DNA of 64,000 nucleotides, taken from contig JALDZX010000061.1 of assembly GCA_022813865.1 (NCBI GenBank), positions 1 to 64,000 on the forward strand. Direction: 5' to 3'. This document shows, piece by piece, positions 24,929-37,814 of this stretch (its first letter is position 1; each line of letters opens with the position of its first letter). The notes under the pieces were generated by a model. It saw only the letters and a list, made by a program, of their open reading frames with translations. It was not told the origin of the DNA and searched no databases. Made by a program: the position numbers and the translations under genes. This stretch comes from Xylographa opegraphella (Eukaryota).

Positions 24929-27782
24929 TCAGACAACCACACCCGTCATCGCTATGTCCTCGTCCACGAACCCCACGGCCTCCATCTCCCGCAGGGTATA
25001 GTCCACCAGGTAGCTCTCGTCCACCAGCTCCTCCATCCGCTTGTAGTGCCTCTCCGTATACGCGCGGAGGCCATCCAGCACGTCCTTCAGCCCGCTGCCT
25101 TTCCCCTTCCCCTTCAGCCCCGCCAGTCGGGTCGCTGGGTAGCTCTTCGCTAGCACCCACAGTATGCGCTGCGCCACCGGAGCGGTCCGGGCATTCGTAT
25201 TCCAGTCCCGGAGGCGTAGGAGCAGGGTGAAGAGCTGCTCGTCCGCCAGGTGCTGGAGCACGTCGTCGACGGCTTTGAGGCCCGAGAGGGACGTTGGGTC
25301 CGGGGGGTTGGTGTTCACGACGGTGGTGAGGAGAGCGAGCAGTCGGGCGGGGTGGTTGAGCTGCAGGGCGAGGGTGATGGCTTCGCGGTAGCTGCCGTGG
25401 TGGATGTAATTCTGCAGCTGCTGCTCCTGTTCGACGCGGGCGGTCGAGGCCGCGGCGCTGGCAGCGATGGTGGAGGATGTGGTGTCTTTCCAGAAGGTGA
25501 CGACGCTGTCGCCGCTGCCGGAGATGACGGTGCCGTCCGAGGGGTTGACAGCCAGGGCCCAGACGCGGTCAGTGTGGTTATCTAATGTGCAGTCGCACTC
25601 TCCGCTGTTGGCGTCCCAGATCTTGACGAGGCCGTCGCCGCCAGCGCTTGCGATTTGGACCCCGCGGTGTCTACTTGGTTCGGAAACCTCGTTTTCGCTG
25701 ATGTGCTGCGGAAGAGGCACCCAGATAACCTTCAAGACACTGTTCGTGTGGCCTTCTAGAGTTCTCAAACAACTGTAATCCGAAAGACTCCAGATCTTGA
25801 CCGTCTTGTCACCGCTTCCGGTGAGAACTAAGCCCCGGCTGCTACTAGCAGGTCCACCGTCTCCGATTATCGGTGGTGTTTCTTTGGCTGCGAACTTTAC
25901 TGACCAAACCCCTCGTCGGTGTCCTCGTAAGACGCCCTGAACTTCGCCCTCTTCAACTGACCATATCTTCACAGTACGATCTTGTGAAGCGGATGCAAAC
26001 AGGGTCGAGTTGTGGTTCGTGGCAATAGCATTGATGTCTTTATCATGTGCTTTGCGCGTATATATTGCGCGAGGATTTGGTTTGTCTCCTTTGACTATGC
26101 TTCTGGGCACGACCTCCCATCTCTTGACGGTCCGGTCTTGAGAACCCGTCAGCACGAACGAGGGAGGGTTGTCCAATGGATTTGAATGTGCCGCCGAGCC
26201 TACCGGCGGTGGTTGACTCGGTAGTGATATAGCTCCCAACGACTCGGCGTGACCTGTGAAGACCGAGAAGCATTCGTAAGAGTGGTTTATATGATCGATT
26301 CGCCACAACCTCGCTGTGTTATCTTTGGCACCAGTCGCAAGCCAGCAACCGGACCAGTCCACGTCAAGACATATGATGATATCCTCGTGGCCCTGCAGTA
26401 ATGCGACATCGGCGCCGAAATACTGGCCTGTTGCAGACGGGCTGTTATCTGTGGTTTTTGCGGCTAAAGAGACCAGTCGAATATCTTCGGAATTGGTAGC
26501 TAGTGCTAGTAGCTCTCGATCTTGAGTCACGTATGAAAGATCGATAATCTCGTCATGTGTTCCTGATAGGTGTCTTAAAATTGGTAGAGGGTCAAGTTTG
26601 CCTCCAATTTGAAGCGTACGTAAGGGAACGAGCGAATGTAGTACCAAAGTTTGATTCGTATGGACAGTGACTAAGAAGTCTAATGACGAGTTGTATAATA
26701 TATGAAGAATTCCAGAATCTTCACTTCCAACCACTTGCTCTTTCGTAACTTCTCGACCTGTCTCTGTTTCCCAAATCCTCAAGATGTCACTCTCGCCGCC
26801 GGTATAGAAGAATGCACCTGTACTTAAAAAACCCGCTGTTTCCAGCCCTTCGAGAACAGGGACAACCTTACTGGCTTTCCACGTTCTAGCCTCCCAGATG
26901 ATGGCAGTCTTGTCGCGACTGGCGGATAGAAGCGCATTTTGCTCACGCGAGAAGGAGAGGCTTCGAACAACAGATACATGCGAATCCAGTGTAGTTATAG
27001 CTTTGCGCTTTATCAGATCCCAAATCTTTATTTTACCATCCTCACTTCCTGAAGCGAGATAGAATACGAGCACACTATCTTCCGGCTCCTCAGCACAAGC
27101 GACGTAGATATCCTCGTCAGCTTCTTGTGATCCTCGTGGTTTTCGTTTCAGTCTGGCAGATAATGTCGACTGTACTACGCTCACGTGTGCTTCAAAGAAA
27201 TGCAATGCTGAAATAACTCCAGCATGTCCTCGGAACGTATGCGAGACATAACCCCCGTTGATGTCCCATACTTTTATGACACCATCGGCACCACCTGTAG
27301 CGAGAAGTGTGCCGGTACGATCGGTAGCCGCAGTAATGACAGGAGTTGTATGTGGTTTTAAGGTTCTCTGCAAAACGGCGTGAAGCAATTCTGGCGAATC
27401 ATTGGATGTTTCCAGGGAATATATTCTCATCGAGAGAGACCGGGAGCATGTGATAAGATGCGACACCGAGGGCGTCACTACTTCCATATAAGCATCTCAT
27501 CGTTCCATAAAGTGTGCATTTTAGATACCGAGTAGAGTAGTCAAGACCTCTCCATCCTGTCATCAATGTCAGCATACAATTCACATGCCAAGGAAAATCA
27601 CGTACTCCTTCGATTCGAGCGAGCAGTTGCCCGGTATCCAAGTTTGTCAATAAGGCCTCTTCGCCCAGACAGGTAACCAGAACCTGCCCATTCCTACTTA
27701 GACCTGCATCGCCGCCAGTGTATATAGGCTGTATACTCCGGTCAACTTCAAAAGTCGTAATAACCTTGGTCCTAGAGGTCAT
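24929..27782 (-). CDS. UTP13: U3 snoRNA-associated protein 13 (WD40 + Utp13 domain)
   Basis: N-terminal TTFEVDRSIQPIYTGG, many WD40 repeats, and the C-terminal EQEQQLQNY...LRDWNTNARTAPVAQRIL...YTERHY..LVDESYLVDYTL Utp13 domain. Confidence 0.95.
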
Positions 27783-28158
27783 TGTGGGATACGACAAAGA
27801 TTGACTCAAAAACCACAAACAACTGTAAAAAGTTACACCTGTACCGAGCCGAGCGAGCCTACCTTAGTGCCTATCTGAAGTAAGGCAGGGCTACGCTAAG
27901 TCTCGCGTATCGTTGAAGCTTATCTGAGGGTGCATTAGTACCCGTTCGGGCCGATGAGGGCCGCTCTCCTCATGCTCAGGGCCATTGTTGACATGATGAC
28001 CGTAACGTAATTTTGTTCTTTCTTGAGGTATCACATGTGTATATATTTTTTAATCAAAGTACAGAACGGACTTCGAAACATATGTCTACAGCTTACTATC
28101 AAGTGAGACACCAAGGCATTGAGCTTGCATGAGCTCTGAGCCTAGGCATAAATAAATC

Positions 28159-30512
28159 ATGGTCCGTCAACCGTACATGACACGTCTTGTGCTAGTAAGT
28201 CTCCTAGTTCTTAATGATGAGTTCATGTCATGGCGTGGGCTAGTATCTTCGTCCTTAGAGTTCCTTCTTGGGTTCAGCTTTATTTGTGTGACTAGAAATC
28301 GTATAATAATTCCATAATATTGTCCGATGTTCGCGGTACTTTGGTAGGAGCTAATCACAGCTGACAGGGAAGATCAGCATATGAGCCTCCACAGTGGCAA
28401 GATGGCGAGAGACTGCAAGACGAGGAGTCAACTAAAATTCAGGAAGACGTGGATGAACTAGGACGGACGAATCTTACGAGCCCGGAAGAGTATGTGCAGC
28501 ATTATGATACGCGTGGGCATCCGGAAAACCGTTTATCGAGGTCTCTTGCACGCCGGGCGAGGAGAGCCCAGAATGATATTCTTACCACTGTCGGTGTTTG
28601 CGTGTTCGTCGACAAGAATGGCCGAAGGATTCCTCTTCCTTCTGAGGACCCCAAGAATAACCAGATAAGGAAAAATGAGATCTTGTCCGTGATTAGTGAG
28701 AGCGAGTTCGGATTCTGGCTAGGGGCTGCCGAAGGCTCGTTGTGGCCGTTGCTCATGAATGGATTTGGCGCTCTGCGACTAAGACTCGAGGTAGGACTTC
28801 ATATTCACGTGAAGAGCTTCAAGTGTTGACGAGGTGCTTGAGACTTTCGGCATATACTCTGGAGTATCGCTTGTTGACATCTTACGAATTGAGTGGCACA
28901 CTTTCGGTGCTCTCAAATGGTTATTCACCGGCATTGTAGCTGATTTCAGTTACGAATTGCTTGATGCTGGCCGAAGCGTCTTGATTGAGGAAGCTCGGGA
29001 GGCACTGTTGAAGCATTTCGCTTCTGCTGAAGTACCAGAAAACCGGCGTAAGCGGGTAACGTCTGCAATCGTTTTATTCTCATATTTGTGGGTCATAGTC
29101 TTTCTCCATTCAAGCATCGTTGACCTGTATATTACTAGACTTGACATTACAAGCTTCATCATTATTTCACCACTGGAAATATTGAAAGTCCTTCAGCACC
29201 TCGATCTTATACCGGCTGGGCCTTTATTTCGAACTCTTCGGATCATCAACGCTGCTTCGCTATCGCCGATGCTGTGTCCTGCTCTTCCTTCACAATGGAG
29301 CTTGCGCACTTTTGTTGGTTTTGCCATTGGCACCTGTATCTCTCCGCTTCCACTATTGCTTGGTATTCACTATTTCGATAGACGACTTGATACTCTCTTC
29401 TTAAGGTACGCACGGATTGTCGTGCCAAGACCTGATTTTCCGGATGAGATTTCAAAGAGTGCTTATGACGCGCATCCGACCAATCTGGATGCGTGGTCCA
29501 TAGAGCTCAACAACGGCCAAAAATCTCTTCTAGGTGAAATAAAGAGCGATCTTGGAGTTGCGATAGATCATGTCGAGAGATTGAGAGCTCGCTTCGGGTT
29601 AACCCAGGTAATCGGAGACATCCGCCGTTTCTTTTCGGTTTCCCGGGAAGAGCAATGTTGTACTACCGATATGGGCTGTGACAACATACCTGGGGCTACT
29701 ACGGTGGGTGGATCCCCCGTAAGTAGGATCACTACAGCAGATCGTGGCTCAGATCATCAGCAAAGCCAAGGCTCGAGTAGTCTTCCCTTGACTGGAGATG
29801 ATGCGACTGGTACAAGCAACACTGCTGGTCGGAGAGAAAGCAGATCCACAGCTACGCCGTCTCCTCAGCTTACTGCATCAACTGATGAAGAAGAGCTTAT
29901 GATGCGGGCACTGGAACAAGATAATCCGGTACAGATTACTACGAGCGCGGGATCAACAGATACTCTGCACATGAACGTCGAAGTCAATGGTGCGTCTCCA
30001 GGAGAGCCTGTCTTCACCAGTAGCTTTTCTGCGTCTCCTAGGCCAACTATTGTGGAAACTGTAGTGGTACAGCATGTCGAAGGTAATTGTATCCGATCTT
30101 CTTTCAGTATTGCCGAACTGACTGTGGAGTAGAACAACGTCACCGTGTGACCGCTCTCAGTCTGCAAGCTTCGGAGTCGATTTCGCTTCGTATCGTCTAT
30201 GACCTCAGCCTGATCTTCCGCCTCCCGCTCGAAGCCCTGCTGGTCAGGACTATAGCTCAAAACTTTCTAGCCAGTGCCAGCTCGTCCTCTGGAAATGCTT
30301 CGTTAGCGAGGCTAAGATCGAGTGTCTACCCAAGGAACACCTGGTTCGGTGCAGGCCTAACAGCTGGGGGTTTGAGCGGCGTTTGTGATTACGCTTCCAA
30401 GATGATACTATGTCTGGGCATGGAATCAGCTGTAGGGCTTTATGTTTGGCAAGTTGCTGTGGCGGTGGCCTGGTGCACTGGGAAAAGGTGGTATCGGTGG
30501 GGAACTCTATAA
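28159..30512 (+). CDS. Hypothetical fungal membrane protein, multi-exon
   Basis: ORFs 28449-28829, 28834-30132 and 30087-30512 are linked by GT-AG introns and carry hydrophobic segments. The first exon, ATG GTC CGT CAA CC|GT, is tentative. Confidence 0.7.
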
Positions 30513-31553
30513 CGTGGCATTATGTGCCGTGCGTGGTTATTATTCCGAACCCGGCACTGCGTGAACTTTTAAAGCGAACGATACCCAATAGAGTGGTCTT
30601 TAGCATTACCACTGTGGCTAGAATTTCTTTGCTGAATCTCCAAATCCCGATATACGTAACTTTCAATGTGAAGCTCCGCCATGAACGCCATGATAAAGAC
30701 TGTCCTTAGGGATCGCAAACGGAGTAGTCTAGGAACCATCTTGCGGAGCCTGATTGCAGAACTTATCACATTGCTTGGTCCTGCTCCGTCCCCACAACCG
30801 CAAGTGCTCAGGCTTCGATTGTCAAGCTCCTCACTGCTCCAGCTTGTGAAGCTCTGGACTCTCTCCGCTCGTAATTGTGATGCTCTATAATACCTCCAAG
30901 CTCACCTTGCGCCATTTCGTATTTTTGGAGAAATTATAGTACCGCATGGCGTCAATCCAGCTGTTCCGTTCCTGACCACTGGAGTATAGCTTCTATAGCA
31001 ACAAGTGTGCCCAATAATTTTGCTAGTGGGATGAACAGATGTTGTTTATTGTTCCAACGGCTCAATAGCAGTGAAGAGGGTGGATGTACTTATATACAAG
31101 GCGACTGCTGTCACCATGTTACCTGGTCCTACGCAGCTTGATATAGAGAACGTTATCATCGAGTACATAGATTGGGCTGGAAGTACGGAAGAGGATGAAG
31201 TCCAAAGAGCTTGGAAATTTTCAGGGAACCATTTATTGAACAATGATATGCAGTAAGCCCTTTTACATGCCGTGGTAAGAAGCTTTCAGTGGGAACATAT
31301 TATTGTAAAGAAGCGAGGTGGTATCAAACGCGAAAACGAGAAATGAAGAGCAAACCTCTGGGCACCCGTTGACAGTTGGACCAATGAGAGTCATTTCAGT
31401 GCAATTTTTGCAGTGAACCTCAAAATTCAGTATGGTCCGAGACGTGATGACATCACGTCAAGGAAATAGTCGACAATACGTCGGAGATAGCCATATCAAT
31501 TCATCCCAAAAAGCGCTCCCGGAAGTCTCTCCGCAAAATCACAGAGCGGCCGA

Positions 31554-33364
31554 TCATCCCCCTGTCTTCCGTTTGGTATCCTTCCGCCTTTCCCAAACCA
31601 TCAAGTAGCTTTCTTTTGTGAACAACGTCTCAGTAGCTACCCTTTCGACGAAGAGATCCTGTATCTCAAGCCATTCATCTCTGGCTCTATCCCGCACCTG
31701 TACACGCCATACTTTCTTCTCCGCCTCACCTTCCACACTATCGTCTCTTGTCCTTACAGCTTCATGTGTGACGTTTGCCACAAGGTCATACCATATGGGC
31801 TCCCCTGGAGAATGCAACGACGGATTTGGCTCCACATATGGAGACATATCGAGCGAACGAACAGGAAAAGTCACGATGGTGGGATTTCGCTCCGAGACGA
31901 ATTTATTTTTCGAAAATCGCTTGATGTGAAAAAACAGATATGGAGGTAATGGGTGGAGTAGCCGATATCGCTTCCGCGTGTTCAAATGTTCTTGAGCTTT
32001 CACACCATCGTATTTCGCAAGGATCAAGGTCAGAGGTACCTACAGAATGATTAGTAGGTGCGCCACAAGCTAGTAGGAGAACAGTCTACTTGTGGAATGA
32101 TGTTCTTATCCAGTTCATCTTGAAACAATGGTGCTGCAGGAAGGTCAAGTGTAAGCATCAGGTAGCGGTTTGTATCAACCAAGACCTCTGCAGCTTCTTC
32201 GAAGCGTAGGCGATCTCCAGCATCGGCCTTGGCCGTAATTTGTTGGCTCTCAACCTTCAATCTCCCTTGGAATATCTTGTGGATGATGCTTGTGCCTGGC
32301 TTTGTCTTGCTGCCTCCTAAAGCAAGATGCACATTATTCATAAACCAATTGAGAAAATCCACAGGATCGGACTGGTGGAGAAGATCGAACCTTTTCTGAG
32401 ACTGGCGAGAGACCTGTTGCAGCAGCTCATGTGGAGAAACGTGAGACTTGAATGCTCGGGTATTCCATATCTTCCGCACAAGTACTGAGAACCGTTGAAT
32501 TAATTCAGGCTTCGCAGAAAGGTCTTCCAGCATGAGGAAGTTGCGAAGAGGCGGAATATGACCTAATGCTTGTATAATAACGTTGAAGTAGTCATTCGCC
32601 TTTATATTGTTCATACCCACGAATCCTGAGAAGGATTGTCAGCCAGGAGTGACGCGATTTAAACGGACGATATACAAACCCGGCCGGTAATTCCTCCCGC
32701 CCAGATCAAATGCCTCCTTCACCTCTTTGTCAAGCCTCCCAACCTCCTCGTTTGATAATCTTGGATCTACCACAAACTTGATGTCATCTAAGCTTGTGCT
32801 TTTCACCTCATAACCCTCCGGTAGCACATACACCCTCTTCGTCTGCATATTGACGTAAACGTGATGTCCAATCTCTAAGGCATGGAAGTACGCTTGCGAT
32901 TTGGGTCCCCGCCCTTGAAAGTATTTGCCGCATACAAGGCAGGCGTAGACATTAATATTCGATAGTGTGACAGAACAAAGCTTCTCGAAGTCAAAGTCCA
33001 GCACAGATCGATTGACGGTGTCGAGGTACAGATCCGTATAGCCCTCCACAGGCGCATTTTGTCTAGAGTGGGTAACGAACGCCGAGCGGGCTCCTTCATC
33101 GTCAAGTTCCGAGGGTGAAGGGCTTGGTGCAGCCTCCTGGAGCTCCTCCTCCAACTGATCTGCTGGAGCTAGTATATCTTTGCCATTCCTCTCGTCTTCC
33201 TCAAACTCATGGCCGTTGATTGGAATTGGTGCTGTGCTTGAGGTGCTGAAGCCGTTGGATCGTGTGCTCTTGTCGGGTACGAATTCTACACGTACCTTTT
33301 TAGAAGACGGCGAGGCTCTATATGCCAGCTCCTCCAGAGGCTCCTCCGCTCGCCTCTTCGCCAT
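31554..33364 (-). CDS. SAD1: U4/U6.U5 tri-snRNP protein Sad1/USP39 (inactive UCH)
   Basis: LYLDTVNRSVLDFDFEKLCSVTLSNINVYACLVCGKYFQGRG ZnF-UBP; GMNNIKANDY; HVSPHELLQ; NPTIVTFP. Introns at ~32627-32679 and ~32041-32089. Confidence 0.96.
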
Positions 33365-33732
33365 ATTTGTTGTTCAATTTGAACGCGAACGAGACTTTGG
33401 CCAATGCATCTTCTTGGCAAAAATCTCCAGCCCTACGATGCACTAGCTTCAGGGCGACTATCACTATCTCGACTATCCAGAGCAATAATCTATCGTCTAC
33501 ATAGGTCTGCCACCTCGTTGTCTACCCAGCGATTCGATTAGGAAGGCTAATATCAAATACTTGAAAATTCAACTCAGAGCAGTGAACTACAAAAGCTCTT
33601 AGATGGCCTACTAATGGTCCACAGGAGATTATAGACATTCCGATGTTGTGATGCAGCCGAAGCCTTAGACTCTCATGATCCTAATACTTCTCGCGCCTTG
33701 ATGATTGTCGCAGACCTATGTCTGACTATGAT

Positions 33733-35281
33733 CTATATCCTATTCTCTTTATCCCATGTAACACTGCTTCTGACCAAAATCCGACCTGGTGGCGGGCTAT
33801 TATAGTAGACCGTGTTTTGCTCTCGCATCTCAAAGCACTCCCACTTTGGGTCGCTTAGTCGTTTCGCACCAATGATATGAGTATGTGAAGTCGCAGATAG
33901 ATTTGGATGTGTGAGGTATATCTTACTGGCGAAAGCCCTGGAGGTCTGTGAGCCAATCGATCGGAAACTGAAGATATTTCTCATCTTGTCAAACACGCAA
34001 TCTAACGAAAGGTCTTTGAAGAGGAAACACAATATCGGCAGACAAGTTGCGAGAAGACCTAGGCCGACCTCGACCATTGTCAAGCAAAGTACTTCGGTAA
34101 TCATTACTTGGTAAACTGTCAGCGATATATCGCGGAAGGTGCCTGTACGCTACCCACGATCTTCATCTGAAGACGGATCGAAGCCGTCTAAGATGGTTTT
34201 AGCTACACAAGAGTAACAATAGGTATGGAGTCTTACCAAGGTAATTTCTGGTCACAATTACCAACCTTGTGACTGAAGCCACTACCGCACTGATAATGAA
34301 TTCGCATTTAGTTCACATCGTGGGTTTAGAACGAATTTCTTTCACGCTTCTCAGATCAGAAGTGCTACTTACACGAAGCTCAATAGGAAGACACAACTAA
34401 CACCTATTTTTCGGCCGGAATGGAGCTGAAGCCGCCAGATTTAGAACGAACTAGGTAAATATACATTCATTCTTCGGCATAATATTGCTCAAATCTGGAA
34501 TACTCACCATTGGCAGAGGAAGCAGGAGAACGATGACATCCGAGATGACATCAAAGACCGTAGGGGCGTATAGCAACATGAGTGTATCAACGCACTCGGT
34601 AATGAAAACTTCAAGAGAGCCCCACCATGCGGCAGAGTTACCTTTGCAGGCAAACAAGAAGGCGAAGAAAAAAGCTATTGTCCAGGCTCCAACAGCGAAA
34701 ATTATTATTGTTATAGCGATATATTTAAGGCCTTTCGTGTTAACACCAAAGAGACGCCGGTAAAAGAAGAGGAAGCTCGATTTGGTCAGCCCAAATGCTG
34801 GTATCGACAATAGCTGAACAGCCCATTCAATCTATAGCATTACATGGTCAGCATCAAGCAACACTATATTTCCAATTCGTTCTTACCTGACTTGTAATGG
34901 TAATCATAGGACTAGTTTCTGTGAGTGCGCTGCGGTCATTTAGAATACTTTTTCTTGCGAGAATCGGTGTAGGATATCCAAGGGCTTGAACATGGACACC
35001 TTGGTGATTTCAGTACCGCTCGTTTGCGGGCTATATCACAGAGCAGCTTACCAGCAACAAGGGAAACACCAATTCCAATAGAAAGAATCTAATACGCTTA
35101 GGTCATTGCAGTATACAACAGTGAGGTGACTCACAAGAGCCGGGATAGTAAGCCAATCGTCAGCGAGAAGCGGCAAACGCTGAAGCCGTCTTGTATAGAA
35201 GCGAAGGGTCACTGCTAAAACATCAATGACTGGTAGTATGATACCCACCAATAGTACAGCAGATGGAGAATTATAGAACAT
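33733..35281 (-). CDS. Pth11-like (fungal rhodopsin-domain) integral membrane protein, many short exons
   Basis: AVTLRFYTRR..LLADDWLTIPAL, TKSSFLFFYRRLF, DVISDVIVLLLPLPM-IWRLQL and VEVGLGLLATCLP. Confidence 0.85.
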
Positions 35282-36767
35282 GGTCGAGGCTGTTACAACA
35301 ATCCATCTGCCCTCGAGAATTCTTTAAATATAGATATAAAGTAAATGAGAGTATGTTGGAACTGGTATTGACAATACAGCAAGCCGATCAGTGTAAATGT
35401 GGGGACCCGCAGCGCCGTGACATATACATAAACAAACACTAAAAATGAAGAGTTGAAGAGCCCCTTCAGTACAGTATGCATCAAAAATAAGACTGCGCTT
35501 CAGTATAGGACCACGCCATACCATACTGATGGTGGCAAAGCAACAACACGCCATACTTTCCTGATGAGTATTACGAATTCCTCCACACCCGTCCATGATG
35601 ACAACGGGGATGGTCCACACACAAACTCGGTGGAAGTGCATAGGGTCGTAGCAGATCGATAGCTGTGCAGAACTTGCGTTGCATTACGTGGATAACAGAA
35701 GCATCCCCTTCACAGCGATAATAATGGGGACTTCTGCTTATCTCCCCTCCACATCTGAAGCACCAAATGTCTCATCGTCAATTTTTAGTGACCTGCCAAA
35801 AGCCTTTGGCATACCATCCGATATTCAAAGTAACTAAGACACTAGCAAAATAGTGATTGCGATCTATACATTAACGCATGAGTAATGCAATCTCTAGCGC
35901 TACTGAAGTGCATGGATGTGGTATCAGAAGACCTAACAATAGATGTTTCCTATCAAATTAGTATCAGCAACTCACATTGTCGTATACAATCAAAATTCGC
36001 TGTTCACTAGAATTTCAGAAGGCGTACAGACAATTTTGTTGGTTGCCAGTGATGTGATTTCTGCAAATTGGCCACGTACTGACCGAGTCTGCGCATTACC
36101 AACTTGATCCCAGTGAAAATAGGGAAGTACGAACCAGTACCTTGTTTGATCTGAGAAAGAGAGCATGAGAATTGCCGGGTCATGGATCCGTATGGTCTGA
36201 TTGACACTCGGAGATGAAGCTTCAAATAGGAAACAAGGTCCGATGACCTGATGGGCAACAACCTAGAAGGCTACAATTTAATTGCATACACTTTAACCGG
36301 AGGAGCTTCGCAATAACCTCAAATTGTCAAGCACACCCCTGCTTACACATATCAATGGCAATCGGCAACAAAACTGCTGCAAGATAAATCCTCTGAACAC
36401 GGTAGTGCAATGTGGTTGCGACATTATAGCTGACAACGTACATGTGCGGCGCAACAGCAATTCGTAACTCGGCTCTTCTTGCAAGTCTTTGGTGTGCAAG
36501 ACCACACTCCAAAGGAACTTTGCAACCTCAACATTGCAAAGTGTCTTCTTCAAACGTACTGTAATAGATTCTCAATCGATGTTAGTTAACCAGCCATCTC
36601 TCATTATTGTCTCTACAGGAAAGCTGTAGAAGCCTCGTGGCAGTCATTTCAATCGAGTTTAAATGACGGCAGAGAGAAACCACGTAAGACTTGGATTCCT
36701 AAAACATGTCGATTTGGTTGCTCCAACACCAAGGTATCATGCAAACAGAGTAGACCTATACGCCGCA

Positions 36768-37591
36768 TTACGCACTCTTGACCACTTTATCGTCGTCGTA
36801 CTCTATTTCTCGTATGCCGGTTTTGTCGATGACTTTAACCAACATCTGGACATTATTGTCAGTTACTGCTGGACATAGCTCGTTCTCGTTGGCACTTGTC
36901 ATACCCCTTTGAAGTCTATCGGCAGTCTCCGCTTAAGTTCATCTGTGCACATCCGCAGTATCTTCATTCCTTGCTCATAATCGATATCTGGATGGTGGTG
37001 TTTGTCAAGAATCGATAAGCAATAGTACCTGAAGCTGTAGTGAGTATTTACTCTTCGGTACGGGTCTCAGTCCGGAACTCACTGTGCGTATCCATGAGCA
37101 GCATATGGAACAGGAGCCAGCGCCGCTAGGTAGTCGAGCCAGTATAGACTAGGTTTTTCCGTGATCGGATCCATTCCTCCGAGCAGCAGGTTGACAGTGT
37201 AAGGCTTCCTTGACCTTAAGCTTTTAGCCAGCTCTCCCCGCACAAAACTCGCAACAGCTGCAGGCCCTAAGTGTGTATCATTCCGCATAGAGTAGAGTTT
37301 AATGTTGGCTTGTATATATTCAGCGAACTGGACTATTGGCCTTCGTCAGTGTAGATCCATCAGACTTATTCCATCAGCATACCTACCAGTATCACCAGCT
37401 TCACCAGTAAAGGCCATAAGAGTGTGGTTATTCAGCTCTCGTGTCTTGTCGTCAGACGCTTTGAGAATGGTAGCACCCCTCATGGCAGCCTTTGAAGCTG
37501 CCACGATGGTGAAATCCTTGCCAGTCAAACCCAGTAGTACCTCCCTGAGCCTCGTTAGCGAATTCTAGACCGGTAAGATTGTTCCTCACAT
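36768..37591 (-). CDS. PRE1: 20S proteasome subunit beta-4
   Basis: [55 protein letters not shown] and [10 protein letters not shown]. The start codon is split AT|G by the first intron. Confidence 0.95.
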
Positions 37592-37628
37592 TTTGTTTGT
37601 GAGTTGAAGACAATCTGAGGGAATGCGT

Positions 37629-37666
37629 GGAGCTCAAGCCTGAAGGTACGAATACGCGTTGGAGCT
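37629..37666. promoter_or_regulatory. Two GGAGCT elements (euascomycete Rpn4-type proteasome element) in the PRE1/RRP9 divergent promoter
   Basis: GGAGCT at 37629-37634 and 37661-37666, 40-75 bp upstream of the PRE1 start. This hexamer is the recalled proteasome-gene element of filamentous ascomycetes. Confidence 0.5.
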
Positions 37667-37814
37667 TGATGCCTTGTGCGGCTAAAGTCCTCAGGCTAGG
37701 ATTTCCGACAGGGATCTGAAGTGCCAAGATTTCGCCGGTCACCATGAATTTCATGATCACTTTTTTTTTGGATAGCCATCGAGACAAGATCTGAGCGGGG
37801 GAAATTTCACCGCC

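Noticed and set aside
28173..28367. Intronic C/D box snoRNA (ATGATGA at ~28214, flanking CTCCTA/TAGGAG)
   Set aside because: No convincing CTGA D box at a suitable position and no recognisable rRNA-complementary guide
30900..31260. Small ORF 31071-31256
   Set aside because: Non-ATG start, short, and no supporting motif or splice partner
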